DNA of 64,000 nucleotides from Eledone cirrhosa (Eukaryota): NCBI GenBank assembly GCA_964016885.1, contig OZ024747.1, positions 496,001 to 560,000 of the forward strand, read 5' to 3'. Shown piece by piece: positions 1 to 56,841 of this stretch (position 1 is its first letter; each line of letters starts with the position of its first letter). The notes under the pieces were generated by a model. It saw only the letters and a program-made list of their open reading frames with translations, ran no database searches and was not told where the DNA came from. The position numbers and the translations under genes were made by a program.

Positions 1-185
1 CTTTACTGTCATAGGTATCGAGTAAGATATCTTTAAATCTGTTACTGGCTGAGGGGTCTTTCAGTTTCCAAATCTTTCTTCTCCAGGTTGCTTTCTGTTT
101 CCAAGTTCGTCTAGTTCTGACCGTGAGGTCGCTGACAACTAAGTTATGTTGGGAGGTACATTCCTCACTACGGAAGGCATTTGTG
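1..185 (-). mobile_element. RTE LINE fragment (end of APE endonuclease plus linker)
   Basis: Minus strand reads [38 protein letters not shown], homologous to [39 protein letters not shown] in the RTE copy at 57.9-58.0 kb. Confidence 0.85.
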
Positions 186-285
186 TAATATTCTATGTCT
201 ATATATATATGTAATATTCTACATATATGTATATATATATATATATATGTAATATTCTACATATATGTATATGTATATATGTATT

Positions 286-319
<34 letters not shown>

Positions 320-345
320 ATATTCTATGTATATACATATGCAAG

Positions 346-463
346 GAAAATCTACAAGATGACATTATGATGTCAAATTCTGTACAAGTCGTGTGTCTTC
401 CAGAATACTCTGCAGCAAAAAACAAAGATTGTTATGTAACTGGTTGGGGTGACAATGAACGGA
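346..463 (+). CDS. Trypsin-like (S1) serine protease exon, partial
   Basis: LQDDIMMSNSVQVVCLPEYSAAKNKDCYVTGWGDNER contains the S1 motifs VCLP and CYVTGWG. Phase-1 donor GTAAG at 464. The 5' boundary is uncertain because it abuts a (TA)n tract. Confidence 0.85.
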
Positions 464-524
464 GTAAGAGAAAATATATCTATTTAAATTGTGTTGTTTT
501 TATTGTGTTGTGTTTTACACCTAG

Positions 525-750
525 AAAGTTCCCCTTTGAGGCACAAGTCTGCGCAAGGTTGTGTGTGCAACACTAGCAATCACGAATGTTGTCCAAGGTA
601 AAGGAAATGGCTGACACTGCTTGGCACCAGTGACATTGTAACTCATTTCTACAGCTAGGTGAACTATAGCAATGTGAAATATAATGTTTTGCTCAAGAAC
701 ACAACGCACCACCCAATCCAAGATTCAAACTCACAACCTTACAATTACGC
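525..750 (-). mobile_element. Degenerate tRNA-derived SINE
   Basis: Shares ctcatttctacagct...gcaatgtgaaat...ttgctcaagaacacaac...aactcacaacctt with the SINEs at 29.3, 44.8 and 49.9 kb. Confidence 0.7.
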
Positions 751-1773
751 ACATGCACACGTGCGTGTGTGTAGACAGAGAGAGAGAAAGTAGAATCAAA
801 CGTTTGTCATAGTGCTGGTATCACAATAAAATACACCCAGTATATTCTGTAAAATAGTTTGATAAACAAGGGCATTCAGTCCTAGAAACGATGCTAAGAT
901 ATGTTCATCTGGTCTGTCTAATCTCAGATCATGACAATTCGGCCAACCCATGCCAGCATGGAAAATGGATGTGAAACTATGTTGTTGATAATAACCTTGT
1001 GTCAATAAATGAAATGTTGGTTATGGATGGGATGTCACAGTTGAGGAAAGAAGCATAAGCATTGATTTCAGCTGTAACTGTATAAATTTAAGAAAATAAA
1101 ATTGATTATGCCAAGAATTTCTTGATTAAAAGAATTGTTTCCTACTTAAGACAATCCATTAATTGTAGTCTACAAACTAAATAGTTAATAGCTGTTTCTG
1201 AAGTGTTGTCGTTATTTCTTTAAATTTATACCCAAAACAATATTGATTTAATAAATAGAATACTATGACAACTGATTGGTACTGTTGGGCTGCAATGTGG
1301 TTTCTAAACTAGGAAATATACACACACATGGAAACACATGCACACAGTAGATGCACAGATGTAAGCACTAACAGCACACATGAAATTAATGTGCAATCTT
1401 AAATGTTGCATAACAGTGAGACATGGTCTTTGATGGAAGAAGATCTGTGAAGGCTAGAAGGAAATGAGGAGTATGTTCTGGTGGATATGTTGCATGAATG
1501 ACGTGGCATAAGCAAGCTGAGAGAAAAATTCTGTGTAAGAGTAATCTGGTTAAGTATGCAAATACAACCGTCTAACCCATGCTAGCATGGATAATAGACA
1601 TTAAATGATGATGATGATGAATCAAAATATGAAAATAGAATTTATTTTGTAGCATTTAAATTTTATAGAATCATTTTTCTGTAAAGTTTCTTTCTGTTGA
1701 AAAATTAAAATCAAATTTAAAATGTCATGGTAATTCTTATTTATTTAGTTGATTTTCTCCACTGTTTAAACAG

Positions 1774-1919
1774 ATAAATATCCAAAGACTTTGCTAGAAA
1801 GAGCATACTGCAGGATTTATTATCCATATCATAATAAAGATAAACAGCCAGCTTGCTCTGTAAATATAAACTATTCCCTCGTACAGCTTATATTAATGAA
1901 GTGGATCAATAATTTCTGA
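1774..1919 (+). CDS. Terminal exon of the S1 protease-like gene, lacking the GDSGGP segment (pseudo-protease or pseudogene)
   Basis: Acceptor tttaaacag at 1773. A phase-1 join gives NKYPKTLLERAYCRIYYPYHNKDKQPACSVNINYSLVQLILMKWINNF*, resembling the S1 segments YPxTLQE, CxxxY and YxxV...WI. Confidence 0.65.
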
Positions 1920-2269
1920 CTCTGTTAAAAGACTTCTTGTAATGGACAAAATGAAAAATCGTTGTTCTTGTTATGTAGCAGACTAGTATCTAATAAGGAG
2001 ATCTAATCAAAGATATTCAAGGCCTATATCATCTACCTTTAAGCCATAATAGATATGAGACTACATTATCCTAATTATCTACTGACTAAGGTATTAGTTT
2101 TATAATTAGCTCCCAGTGCTAGACTCAAATTCTCATGTAAAAATCTGAATTAGATTGACATTCAAAACTTTGGCACCATAAAAACACAACCATGTAGTGA
2201 TTTCTACCACAGGTATAAGGTCTGACAGGGATTTGATTAAAACAACCCGGTACTTCACCGGTCCTATGA

Positions 2270-2830
2270 ACTTAGAATGGCATTTTGTTCACTACACTGT
2301 AGATTCTGCACATTGAATTCTTCACTAAACTCATTACTTCCTCTTCCTTTACTGACAACACCTCTCTATATAGCTTCCACTACTCTCACAAACCACTCAT
2401 CTACATCCAGTTTCCTTAAGGACCACCAGATAACAGATCATGATACTCTTTCAAAGGCTGTCTCCAGATCAACAAAAGCTTGGAACTTCTCTTTTAACTG
2501 CCTTACTAAGAAGAAGACATTTGTGATACCCCTTCCTGGCATGAAACCAAACAGCATCTCATCTAACTTGGCTCGTGCTAAAGCCCTTTCTGTCAGTTTT
2601 GTCTATAGCTGCTCCTTTGTAGGGCCTCATCTTGTAACAATGATTACACTATTTCACAAGTCATTAAGTATGACATCATCATGTATTACTTGATTTACTA
2701 TATAGATGAGTAGCTCAACTCTTACTTCACCAGATCATTTCAGCATCTCAGCTATTATCTCTGATGGTCCAGCAGCTTTTCCATTTTTCATTTTCCTGAT
2801 TGCCTCTCTGATCTTCTAACTGTAATCTTC
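2270..2830 (-). mobile_element. Old degenerate RTE LINE RT fragment
   Basis: Reverse complement matches the RTE RT segments GKAAGPSEIIAEMLK, FGFMPGR and DLETAFERV. Confidence 0.75.
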
Positions 2831-2944
2831 AATAGCGTGTCACACTGTTGGGTGGTGGTGGAGGTGTTGGTGGCAGTGGTGGTGGTGTTATATCATAGTA
2901 ATAACGATACTATTGAATACCATTCTTATTTCATATTAGATAAC

Positions 2945-2975
2945 TTTATTATTCATAGTGTAAAGCTTGTTTATT
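2945..2975 (-). terminator. Two AATAAA polyadenylation signals of the micro-exon gene
   Basis: TTTATT on the + strand at 2945-2950 and 2970-2975, about 130-150 nt after the stop. Confidence 0.5.
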
Positions 2976-3101
2976 CTCAAGTAAAACAACAATTGTTCTG
3001 TCTTCTTGAAGTCATACTTGATATAATGTTAAACGCGCTCATTTCAGAAATAAATACACAAAAAAAATGAAATGAATAACCTTGAGAATTTGATAATCTT
3101 T

Positions 3102-46534
<43,433 letters not shown>

Positions 46535-46681
46535 TGTGATAGTGATGATGTCAGAGAACTGAGAATGTCCAGAAAATTGGAAAGTCTTTCTTGTGTAGAA
46601 AGTTGTTAAATAATGTCTCCTGCTTCTCTTCTACAATTTTTCACTCACCTATTTCTCCCTCTCGCCCTCTTTCTCCCTCCC

Positions 46682-46717
<36 letters not shown>

Positions 46718-46834
46718 CTTCGCTTATTCAATCAGATAGCCCTATTTTCTGACAGTTTCAAAGGTCACAAGCTTTCATTATCTACTGGTGAAATAGTAGT
46801 GCAGGGAGGGCAGTGGTGGCAAGGATGAGATAAC

Positions 46835-46896
<62 letters not shown>

Positions 46897-47626
46897 CAGC
46901 AGCAGGTGGAGGAGGGGGAAAATAGAGAGCTGGTGTGTAAGTCAGAGAATAAGGAATAAAGAAAGAAAGGGATGTAGGAAGTGTGTAATTTATTCTGTGT
47001 GTAATTTATTCTGGGAACAAGGAGGAGATATAATGGAGAGGTTGGGGCAGGGATTATGGGTTGATATTTGAGTAGGGTGTGGGTGGCCAATTGAAGGGCT
47101 GTCCCCAGACAGCTCCTGCTCTACCTACTCCACTATGTTATAATATAGTAGACCTATGGTCAAAATCACTCTGTCAATGACCACCCCATCTTTTTTCCAG
47201 GCTAGTATATCTAGGACCACACCATTATCCAATGTATACTTCTTATTTTCCAGATGATAAGGTGTGTTATGAGTGAAATTTTGCTGTTGTTTTTAGGAGA
47301 TCAAGTTCAAACAGCCATGTGACTGTCTCACGTCATCAGAGAAAGAAGAAAAAGATTTGTTGCACAGTGTTGAAGAGCAAAAGATGAGATCATCAGCAAC
47401 ATTCTTCTTTGGGAACAGAAGTGTGGGTATATAAATATTGGTAGACCACATTGAACCTACCTGAATACACCTGAGAAGGCCTACCACGAGCAGCAACAGA
47501 CCGAACAGACCAAACGAGTGATGGCGATCTCTGCAATAAACATGCTCAGATGATGATGTTTGATAACAATTATGGAAAACAATTATTGTAATTAATTGAA
47601 ATGAATCTAAAATTATGGACAAAATT

Positions 47627-48268
47627 AGCTGGAGTGACATTGGACCACCCAGTTATAGCTGGAGTGATATTGGACCACCCAGTTATAGCTGGAGTGATAT
47701 TGGACCACGCAGTTATAGCTGGAGTGATATTGGACCACCCAGTAATAGCTGGAGTGACATTGGACCACCCAGTTATAGCTGGAGTGATATTGGACCACCC
47801 AGTTATAGCTGGAGTGATATTGGACCACCCAGTTATAGCTGGAGTGATATTGGACCACCCAGTTATAGCTGGAGTGATATTGGACCACCCAGTTATAGCT
47901 GGAGTGATATTGGACCACCCAGTTATAGCTGGAGTGATATTGGACCACCCAGTTATAGCTGGAGTGATATTGGACCACCCAGTAATAGCTGGAGTGACAT
48001 TGGACCACCCAGTTATAGCTGGAGTGATATTGGACCACCCAGTTATAGCTGGAGTGATATTGGACCACCCAGTTATAACTAGAGTGATATTGGACCACCC
48101 AGTTATAGCTGGAGTGATATTGGACCACCCAGTTATAGCTGGAGTGATATTGGACCACCCAGTAATAGCTGGAGTGATATTGGACCACCCAGTTATAGCT
48201 GGAGTGATATTGGACCACCCAGTTATAGCTGGAGTGATATTGGACCACCCAGTAATAGCTGGAGTGAC
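47627..48268. repeat. 30-bp minisatellite, ~21 copies (agctggagtgatattggaccacccagttat)
   Basis: Directly visible; highly homogeneous. Confidence 0.98.
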
Positions 48269-51200
48269 AAGGGAAGAAGGACAAGGAAAATCGAGGATTC
48301 ATTCATCTTGGCAAAGAATAGTAATATTTATTACTATATAACCTATTAGTGTATGTATATATATATATATATATATTCATACATTATATATATACAATGT
48401 ATGAAGGTTGGTGTTTAGAAGGGTATCCAACAGCTGTAAAAAAACAGCCAGACCTCCCTCATAATTAGACCACCCAGCTCCCAAAACACAGTTCTGCTAT
48501 AAGCAGTGTATGGTGTGGCCAACTGCCCAGACCTTGTGTATGTGTGAGTGTATGTGTGATTATGTGAGTGTGTGTGTCTGTGTACATGCAAATGTGTGTG
48601 TGAGTGGATGTATGCATGAGTGTGTGTGTATGTATGTGTGTGTGAGTGCGAGATTATATGTATTTGTATACATGTGTGTGTGTTTTTGATAGTCAACAAT
48701 ATTCCCATTGTTTTGCTAAACAAAGTCCGTTTATTTTCTGTGCAAACGTCAACAATAAGTACTTCATCTATATCATCATCATCAACATCATCAACATAAA
48801 TATTTTTCTAGTAATCCTCATTCCTAATCTAGCAAGTTGATTCACCAGTGTCATTTACCTATGTTTTTCTGCATGTCAATTACATAACTATCTATAACAC
48901 AAACTTCAATAAAACCATCTAACCATTTGATCACATATCAGATGAACACATTAGCCATATAGATTTTATCCTCACCAGAAGTTGAGAATGATGGTTGCTG
49001 GTTGTAAATACAAAGTCCTTCCCTGGTGAGGAATGCACCCCCCAAAATAACCTAGAGGCTAGTGACTTTATAGTTACAGATAGATGAACTTACAAATAGA
49101 AGAAGGCAACCTGGAGGAGACGGGCACTGAAGCTGAGTGAGCCCTCAACTGGTACCAACGGGTGCCCTGCTTGACACATTTGACAGTAAGGAGTATCTTA
49201 CAGCTGAGAGGAACAGTAGGAGTTTTAGAGAGACTTTTTGAATAGAGGATGACAATTGATGGACACTATGGAAGAGGGTGAACTAGGAAAACTTGGAATG
49301 ATTGGGTAAAACTGGCCTCACACAAACTTCATGCTATTTCAAGTGCACAGGATGAAACAAGCATGAAGAAGGTGGTAAGTGAAGAAGTAGAGCAACACTT
49401 AGGGTCCTACCTGCCAGTTTGTGTCAATCTCCTTCATACACCTTAATACTTCCTTATTCCTCATCTCCCTTGCCCATCCACTTCCCCTACCTCACCCTTC
49501 CACCACCACTTCCGCCGTCCCCACCCCAACATTCCTAACCATGTCCGTCGTCCCCACCAATGGCATTACTCGAAATCAAGTTGCAGCCATCATGTATGTA
49601 TGTATGTATATATGTATGTGTAAATATCTATATACACATGTACATATGTATATGTATATATCATCATCATCATCATTTCATTTTACGTCCGCTTTTCCCT
49701 GCTTGCAAGGGTGGGACGGGAACTGATTCTGGCTTGATTTCTACAGCTGGATGCCCTTCCTAACACCAACCTCATTTACAGTGAGTGCTGGGTGCTTTTT
49801 TGCCGTGGCACCTCCACGACCACTTTGCAGTGGAATGATAAGGACCCCAGTCCCTATCATCTCATTTCTACAGCTGAGTAAACTGGAGCAATGTGAAATA
49901 AAGTGTCTTGCTCAAAGAAACAACACATCACCTGGTCTGAGAATTGAACTCACAACCTTTCGATTGCAAGGCCAATGCTCTAACCACTAAGCCATGTGCC
50001 TCCATGTATATGTATATATGTATATGCATGTATGCATGTGTATGTATATGCGTGGGGACATAGAAATAATCGGGCTGGATACCCGATCACACGGTTAAAC
50101 CAATGGGAGTGAAGGACCCCTAGCCTTTGTCAGGGCATTCTTCTAGGAGAAGGCAACTCAGGAAACTGGGATAACTCCGACATAAAACCTGCGGCTCAGT
50201 AGTTACTGTTGATGTTGATCTTTTCTTCTTTTCGGGTTATAGCTACTGTTGCTCAAAGAGTGGGATTGGCTCAGTGCACAGTCTTTCCTCACTTTAAAAA
50301 ATATCTTCACGTACAGGCATTGCTCGATAGAATTAGTTAATAATTATTAATATTGGTATATCGTGCAATGGCCATACTCAATAACGAGGGGGCAACCATC
50401 ATATATGTATGGACAGAAAAGTCATTTGAAAGGGCAACAAAACAAGACCATAACACCAACTGCGAGAGGTACCCATTGTTGCAATGTTGGTGCAAGAGTG
50501 TGCAATTCCCTAGCAGGACTAAAAAATCCACATCCATGAAATCGAGTTACAGCCATCATCATGTATGTATATATGTGTCTGTGCATGTGTGTGTGTATGC
50601 ATATGTGTGTTTGCATGCATGTTTGTGTGATGTTAATTATGGTATTCTCTGCCCCTTCTTATTTTATAAATTATTTTCATTTGATTGTTTGTGGGTTTGA
50701 TGATAAAATTTCTATTGTTTTTCTTTGCTAAACAAAGTCCAAAAGTTTATTTTCTGTGCAAATGTCTTAACTAAAATGAATAAATCAGTTGATTTCAACA
50801 TAAATTGTTATCTACTATGACTGACTCATAATCTAGAAAATGTGTCCACCAATATCATTACTTATATTTCTCTGTAAGCACCGCAAACTTTATAAGGGTG
50901 TCTCATCCTATATATATATTTAACACAAATGTTCTATGGGTGGGATATTAGTTGATGTGACTGAAAACAATTTCCCCAAAGCATTAGTATTCAGCAGATA
51001 AGGACCAACAAGGAAACAAACTGTTAATTGCGTATTCATTTTAGCCATGGAATAAAATGAGACCACATTTATATTATTTTATTTTACTTTGTTTACAGAA
51101 AGTGTTTTGGAAAGGTTTTCAGGTAAAATTGTATCGGTGAAAAATATATTGTATTGGCAAAAGACAGACATGCTATGAGATGTGTGAAGAAATGTGAGGG

Positions 51201-51829
51201 AGTAAAAAAATAGAGCCATGACAAGCTGTCTGTCTGTTTGAATCTTAACATTTTGGATGCTACTCCTTCAATACAAGTACAATCCATTAATGGAACAGTA
51301 AAAATACGTAACACATTCTAAATATTCTGCAATAATAATTACATATACACAAGTACAGATAAAAATCATATCCACATACACACATATAGCTTAAAACATA
51401 TACATCCTCACATACATACCTGCATACACAGATGCAGACATATCTACCTAGCTGATGTTGTTTAAATTACAATGAAAAAGTTTTGTGTCTATGTTAGAAA
51501 CTGACTCTCTCTCTATTGGTAAAAACTTACAGAATGATAAAACCAGAAGAACATACATACAAGGAAGGGTTTCCTGGGATTGAGAAGCAGGCTTTCTATG
51601 AAGAGAGAAAAAGACAAACAGGCAGCCCAACAGATATACTAGAAACCATTATGTTGGGTGCCATTAACAAACACTGAACTGTAAATTATAAAAGAAGAAA
51701 ATGGTTTAAACAGAAAAAAATTAACCATAACTATAGGAGGAAACTGAATGAGGAAAGGTAGAAATTAAAATAAATTTCCTTTAAATTAGACTTTTCCGTT
51801 TTCCTGAGTCTGTATTGTTGTTGTTATTC

Positions 51830-52045
51830 TTTTAAATCTTGGGCTGTCTGTCAGGAAACATTTAATCCATTGCAGTAACTTTCTAGAGACATCAGTATTG
51901 GGTTGTTTTTGCAATAGAATCTTGTGATTAACCGTGTCAAAGGCCTTCCTGAAATCAAGGTAGATGACATCAGTGTTGGAGCCCTCTCTCAAAGCTCTCA
52001 AAATGATGCAGGAGCTGCGTTAGGCAGTCCCTTCCATTACAGAAC
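51830..52045 (-). mobile_element. Old CR1-type RT fragment
   Basis: DVIYLDFRKAFDTVNHKILLQK...LLQWIKCFLT. Confidence 0.75.
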
Positions 52046-52269
52046 AGCAACAGCAACAACTCTATTACAACTGGAAGAGTGATAATTATGAAACTAAAGG
52101 TCATTTTAATGATTAAAAACTGAATAAGGAAATAAATGTATCACATATATAATCATGCATAAATATATATGTATATATATATGTGCGTGTATGTATGTAT
52201 ATATATATATATATATATGCACATATATATATGTGCATATATGTATATATATACATATATATATATATA

Positions 52270-53058
52270 TAGTCCTCCAAGCCATAACAGAGGAGTTTAA
52301 GACTGGCTGCCCATGGGAACTTCTCTATGCTGACGATTTGGTTCTTATAGCAGAATCAGTAGAGGAGCTAGAGAATAAATTCTGGCTATGGAAACAGCAG
52401 TTAGAATCAAGAGGCCTGAGAGTGAACATAGCTAAAACAAAAGTGTTGATAAGTAGAAGAGAGGACAATACTCTGATTCCATCGGGGAAATGGCCATGTA
52501 GGAAAGGAACTGGCATAAATTCCATAAAATGTATGCAATGCAGATCTTGGGTACACAAGAGATGTAGTGGGATAGTAGGCAAACTAACAAGTAGGGAAAA
52601 CTATGTATGCAGTAGATGCACAGGGAAATTGGCAGCAGTAATCACAGTGATAGACACATTTTTCAAATGCAGGTGCGTTCTATAGAAGTGGTTGATAGCT
52701 TCCGGTACCTAGGTGATCAGATTAGCATGGGAGGGGGGGGGGGGGTTCCAAGGCCATAGTATCTAGAATAAGGACTGGTTGGAAGAAGTTTAGGGAGCTG
52801 CTTCCTCTGTTGACAAAGAAGGGTTTCTCCCTGCATACGAAAGGATGGTTATATGATGCCTGTGTGAGATGTGCGATGCTGCATGGTAGTGAGACATGGG
52901 CAGCAACTGCAGAAGATATGCGACGGCTGGAGAGAAATGAAGCAAGTATGCTCTGTTGGGATGACCGATGGGTAAAGAAGATGCTGTGCTGAATAGGACC
53001 CGTCCCACCCTTGCAAGCAGGGAAAAGCAGACGTAAAATGATGATGATGATGATGATG

Positions 53059-53060
<2 letters not shown>
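52270..53060 (+). mobile_element. Truncated, internally deleted RTE LINE (same subfamily as 19990-23232)
   Basis: [21 protein letters not shown] and the same 3' tail. Confidence 0.9.
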
Positions 53061-53090
<30 letters not shown>

Positions 53091-53497
53091 GTAGAACACT
53101 GGAAGGTAATATCCGTAGTGTCGGGCCGAGTTTGGTAGAAGTAGTAACACAACACAACAGTCCAAGCCATACGCAAGGGGTAATCCATCTTGTGGACTGT
53201 GTATTGAAGAAAGGATAAATATTCTAAGGAGATTACACAATAGCGATTGCCTAAATTCAAGAAATGAAATCTTCTCACGTTGTCCACATGTCTGGAAACG
53301 CCTCTTGCATAACTACAAAGCTCTGGATTGAATAACATTTTAATTTTCTAATCAACTCTAACATTTTATTCCAGAAATTCGCAGTTATCTCCCTTACACC
53401 TTTCACCCGTGCTTTCGTATCGCTTGGGTGAAACGACCGTTCCTGCGCATGCACGTTTATACGGTTGTTCTTCCTGTTCCGTATAACCATGACCAGT

Positions 53498-53536
53498 CCG
53501 AGCTGAAGATCCGCAAGGTGAAACAATTGTTCTCGG
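53498..53536 (+). ncRNA. Hammerhead-like ribozyme in a Penelope-type 3' remnant (~53090-53570)
   Basis: CCGAG-CUGAAGA-UCC-GCAA-GGU-GAA-ACAAUUGU-U-CUCGG: perfect stem I, palindromic stem III, weak stem II. Confidence 0.65.
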
Positions 53537-53671
53537 TATGGTGAACTAACTGTTGTGTTACTACTTATATATATATATAAGTATGTAAAAGGTAAACTGA
53601 AATAACAACACAATCGGTACAGTATATGGAAGGGATATATTAGGTTAACGCTTGATATAGCAGGAAGAGGG

Positions 53672-53707
53672 TCTTAACGTTTCGGACGCTAGTCCTTCAT
53701 CAGAAGA
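53672..53707 (-). ncRNA. Minimal type I hammerhead ribozyme
   Basis: UCUU-CUGAUGA-A-GGAC-UAGC-GUCC-GAA-ACGU-U-AAGA. Confidence 0.75.
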
Positions 53708-53743
53708 AAGAATGAGAAGTGCATGTGCATGTGTATGCGTATG

Positions 53744-53793
<50 letters not shown>

Positions 53794-54098
53794 TACACAC
53801 ACACACATATATATATATATATAAAATTAGTGTCTGCAGTTCTGTTTACATGCGCAAGAATGAGGGGCTCATTCTACTGACATGGCTTTAAAAATGAGGC
53901 TTGTGTGTATAATTGCAAACGAATCGAATATTATTATTAATATTCGAAAAATTAAGATTACATTTATATATATAGATATATATATATATATAAATATATC
54001 CAAAATTAAATTAAATTAAGGGTGTCATGTCAGATAGACATGCGCCATATCACCCATAAAATATGCTCCAAGATTCCAATGAATAGATCCAAGCATTT

Positions 54099-54596
54099 TA
54101 TATCAACTAGAAATTGATTGACATATAAATATATCTAAAATAAACATATGAAACAATCACAGGGGATAATTTGTAAAAGTGTGTAAGCACACATAGCTAT
54201 GTAGGTAACTAAATAAAGTTTAACTAGAGCTTCAAAAATAGATACCTTATAAATTGATTAATCTTCCTTGTATATATTCCATTAAAGAAATATATTTCAC
54301 CTGATTTGAATTTGATGCGTAAACACAGATGGTTAGTCCTCTTCCTTGTTGAAAATCCAGGATCTGGCTACTGTTGTTTACCAATCGATTAATTGGTGAA
54401 ATATATTTCTTTAATGGAATATATACAAGGAAGATTAATCAATTTATAAGGTATCTATTTTGAAGTTCTAGTTAAACTTTATTTAGTTACCTACATAGCT
54501 ATGTGTGCTTACACACTTTCACAAATTATCCCCTGTGATTGTTTCATGTGTTTATTTTAGATATATTTATATGTCAATCAATTTCTAGTTGATATA
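54099..54596. repeat. ~200-bp near-perfect inverted repeat with a ~94-nt spacer
   Basis: 54099-54300 is the reverse complement of 54395-54596 with few mismatches. Confidence 0.9.
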
Positions 54597-54614
54597 TATA
54601 TATATATATACATA

Positions 54615-55655
54615 TACTCCCAATCTTTGCTCCCAAATACAGGAAGTCATCAACCAATTCTAGCGACTTCCCGCCTACATTAGTGATCCCCTCTGGCTTC
54701 TCAACATTCTCTACCAGATATTTTGTTTTAGTCTCATTCATTCTCAGCCCCACACTCATCGACACAGTCTCAACCTCCTGCATCAAATCCTCTGCCTCCT
54801 TCACTGTATTTGTCACCAAAACTATGTCGTCGGCAAATTCAGCATCTGATATCTTTTTCGCCTTAACTCTCCTGCTCTGAGACGGTACTACAGTAAAGCC
54901 AGAGTCCTGGTGTTTCTCCAGTGCAAGGCGCATACAATAGTTCACTACGATGATAAAAAGGTAGGGAGCCAATGTATCTCCCTGGAGCACTCCAGCTAGT
55001 ATCTCAAAGAACTCTGTCATCCCATCAGGTGTAATGACTTGGGCTTTGGTGTTGGTGTAGAGCAGTGATATAGGTCCACTATCTTCTTCGTAAAGACCTG
55101 AAAAGCCGCCTCTTCATTGCTGTAGTGGAGTCTGTGCTGCTGTACGGGTCTGAGACTTGGACACTGACCAAGAAACTCACTCAGATGGTGGATGGGTGAT
55201 ACACAAGAATGCTGAGGATGCCTCTGAACATTAATCAGTATACACTGAGGATCAAAAACTCAGAGCTGTATGGGAGTCTCCCAAAAGTCAGCTCAAAAGT
55301 GACACAGAGGAGACTGAGGTTAGCTGAACATGCTCACCGACATCCAGAGTTGACATTGTACTCAGTGCTCCTGTGGGAGCCCCTACATGGACACACTGGA
55401 AGAGGAAGACCAAGGTTAATGTATGTTGATGCCCTAAGGACAGACACTGGTCTGTGTCAATAATTGTCAATAATTGTCAGACACTGTGTCAATAATTGTC
55501 ACAAGTGTAGTGTTTGTACCAGAGTTTTCAAGTCGCTGGCTGGACTAAAAAGTCACACTCGTTCAGCGCATCGGTAGGGGCTTCTCCTACATGGATATAA
55601 AGTAGTGGCCGTACTCGAAAACGAGTTGGCAGCCACCATATCTAAGTCTAAAGTC
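54615..55655 (+). mobile_element. RTE-group LINE of a different family with an inverted 5' segment
   Basis: RT piece (GVLQGDTLAPYLF, FADD, FLYLG) on the minus strand at 54615-55080; downstream part (ESVLLYGSETW, GRGRP) on the plus strand from ~55090. Confidence 0.85.
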
Positions 55656-56148
55656 TGTCTTAAGCCAGAAGGCTCATTTGGCTGGTGCTTTTCCCTGATT
55701 CATGGTGTGAAATGACTGCGAGTACAAGACTCCTTCCTGGACAGGATGCCAGTCCATCACAGGGTTAAACCCCCCAGCTACTGCTGGAACATATTTTCAG
55801 CCGAGTATACTGGAGCAACGGGAAATGAAGTGTTTTGTTCAAGAACACAACACGCAACCCAGGAATCGAACCCATGACATTATGATCACAACTCCAACAC
55901 CCTCACCCGACCAATCTTGCCTCTAGTGGGACAACTCCCATCTAACCCATGCTAGCATGCAAGATAGACGTTAAACGATGATGATGATGATACACACATA
56001 CACATATATATATACACACACACATATATATCATCATCTTCGTTTAACGTCCACTTTCCACGCTAGCATGGGTTAGATGGGAGTTGTCCCACTAGAGGCA
56101 AGATTGGTCGGGTGAGGGTGTGGGAGTTGTGTGTACATATATATATAT

Positions 56149-56193
<45 letters not shown>

Positions 56194-56554
56194 TATATAT
56201 ATATATACATACATATATATACACACACATATATATATATATATACATACATATATATACACATAGACGTATATATACACATACACACATATATATATAC
56301 TTTCTCTGTAAAGTTATGTTAGTACCACAACATCCAGTCCAAACTTATGAGGTCGTCTAGGTGTCACGGTAAAAAGTTCCCAGTCCACACTGTAAATGTG
56401 GTTGGTGTTAGGAAGGGCATCCAGCCGTAGAAAACCTGCCAGCTAGTCCCATACGAGCGAGACACGGTCACCCAACAATCTTTCCTCAAGTGGGACAACT
56501 CCCGTCTAACCCATGCTAGCATGGAAGATGGACGTTAAACGAAGAGAGTGAGGA

Positions 56555-56644
56555 TAATATATATATATATACACACATATATATATATATACATATATAT
56601 ATACACATATATATATATACATATATATACATATATATATACAC

Positions 56645-56704
<60 letters not shown>

Positions 56705-56718
56705 ATATATATATACAC

Positions 56719-56767
<49 letters not shown>

Positions 56768-56807
56768 CACATATATATATATATACACATATATATATAC
56801 ACATATA

Positions 56808-56841
<34 letters not shown>

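Noticed and set aside
46557-46612. TATTTAA plus TCAGTT initiator as the core promoter of the micro-exon gene
   Set aside because: Spacing of ~50 nt is too long, and the CAG could equally be a 5' UTR splice acceptor
47601-48341. 246-aa GVILDHPVIA repeat ORF, or a CRISPR-like array
   Set aside because: Pure tandem 30-mer open in several frames on both strands; no unique spacers, no cas genes, eukaryotic context
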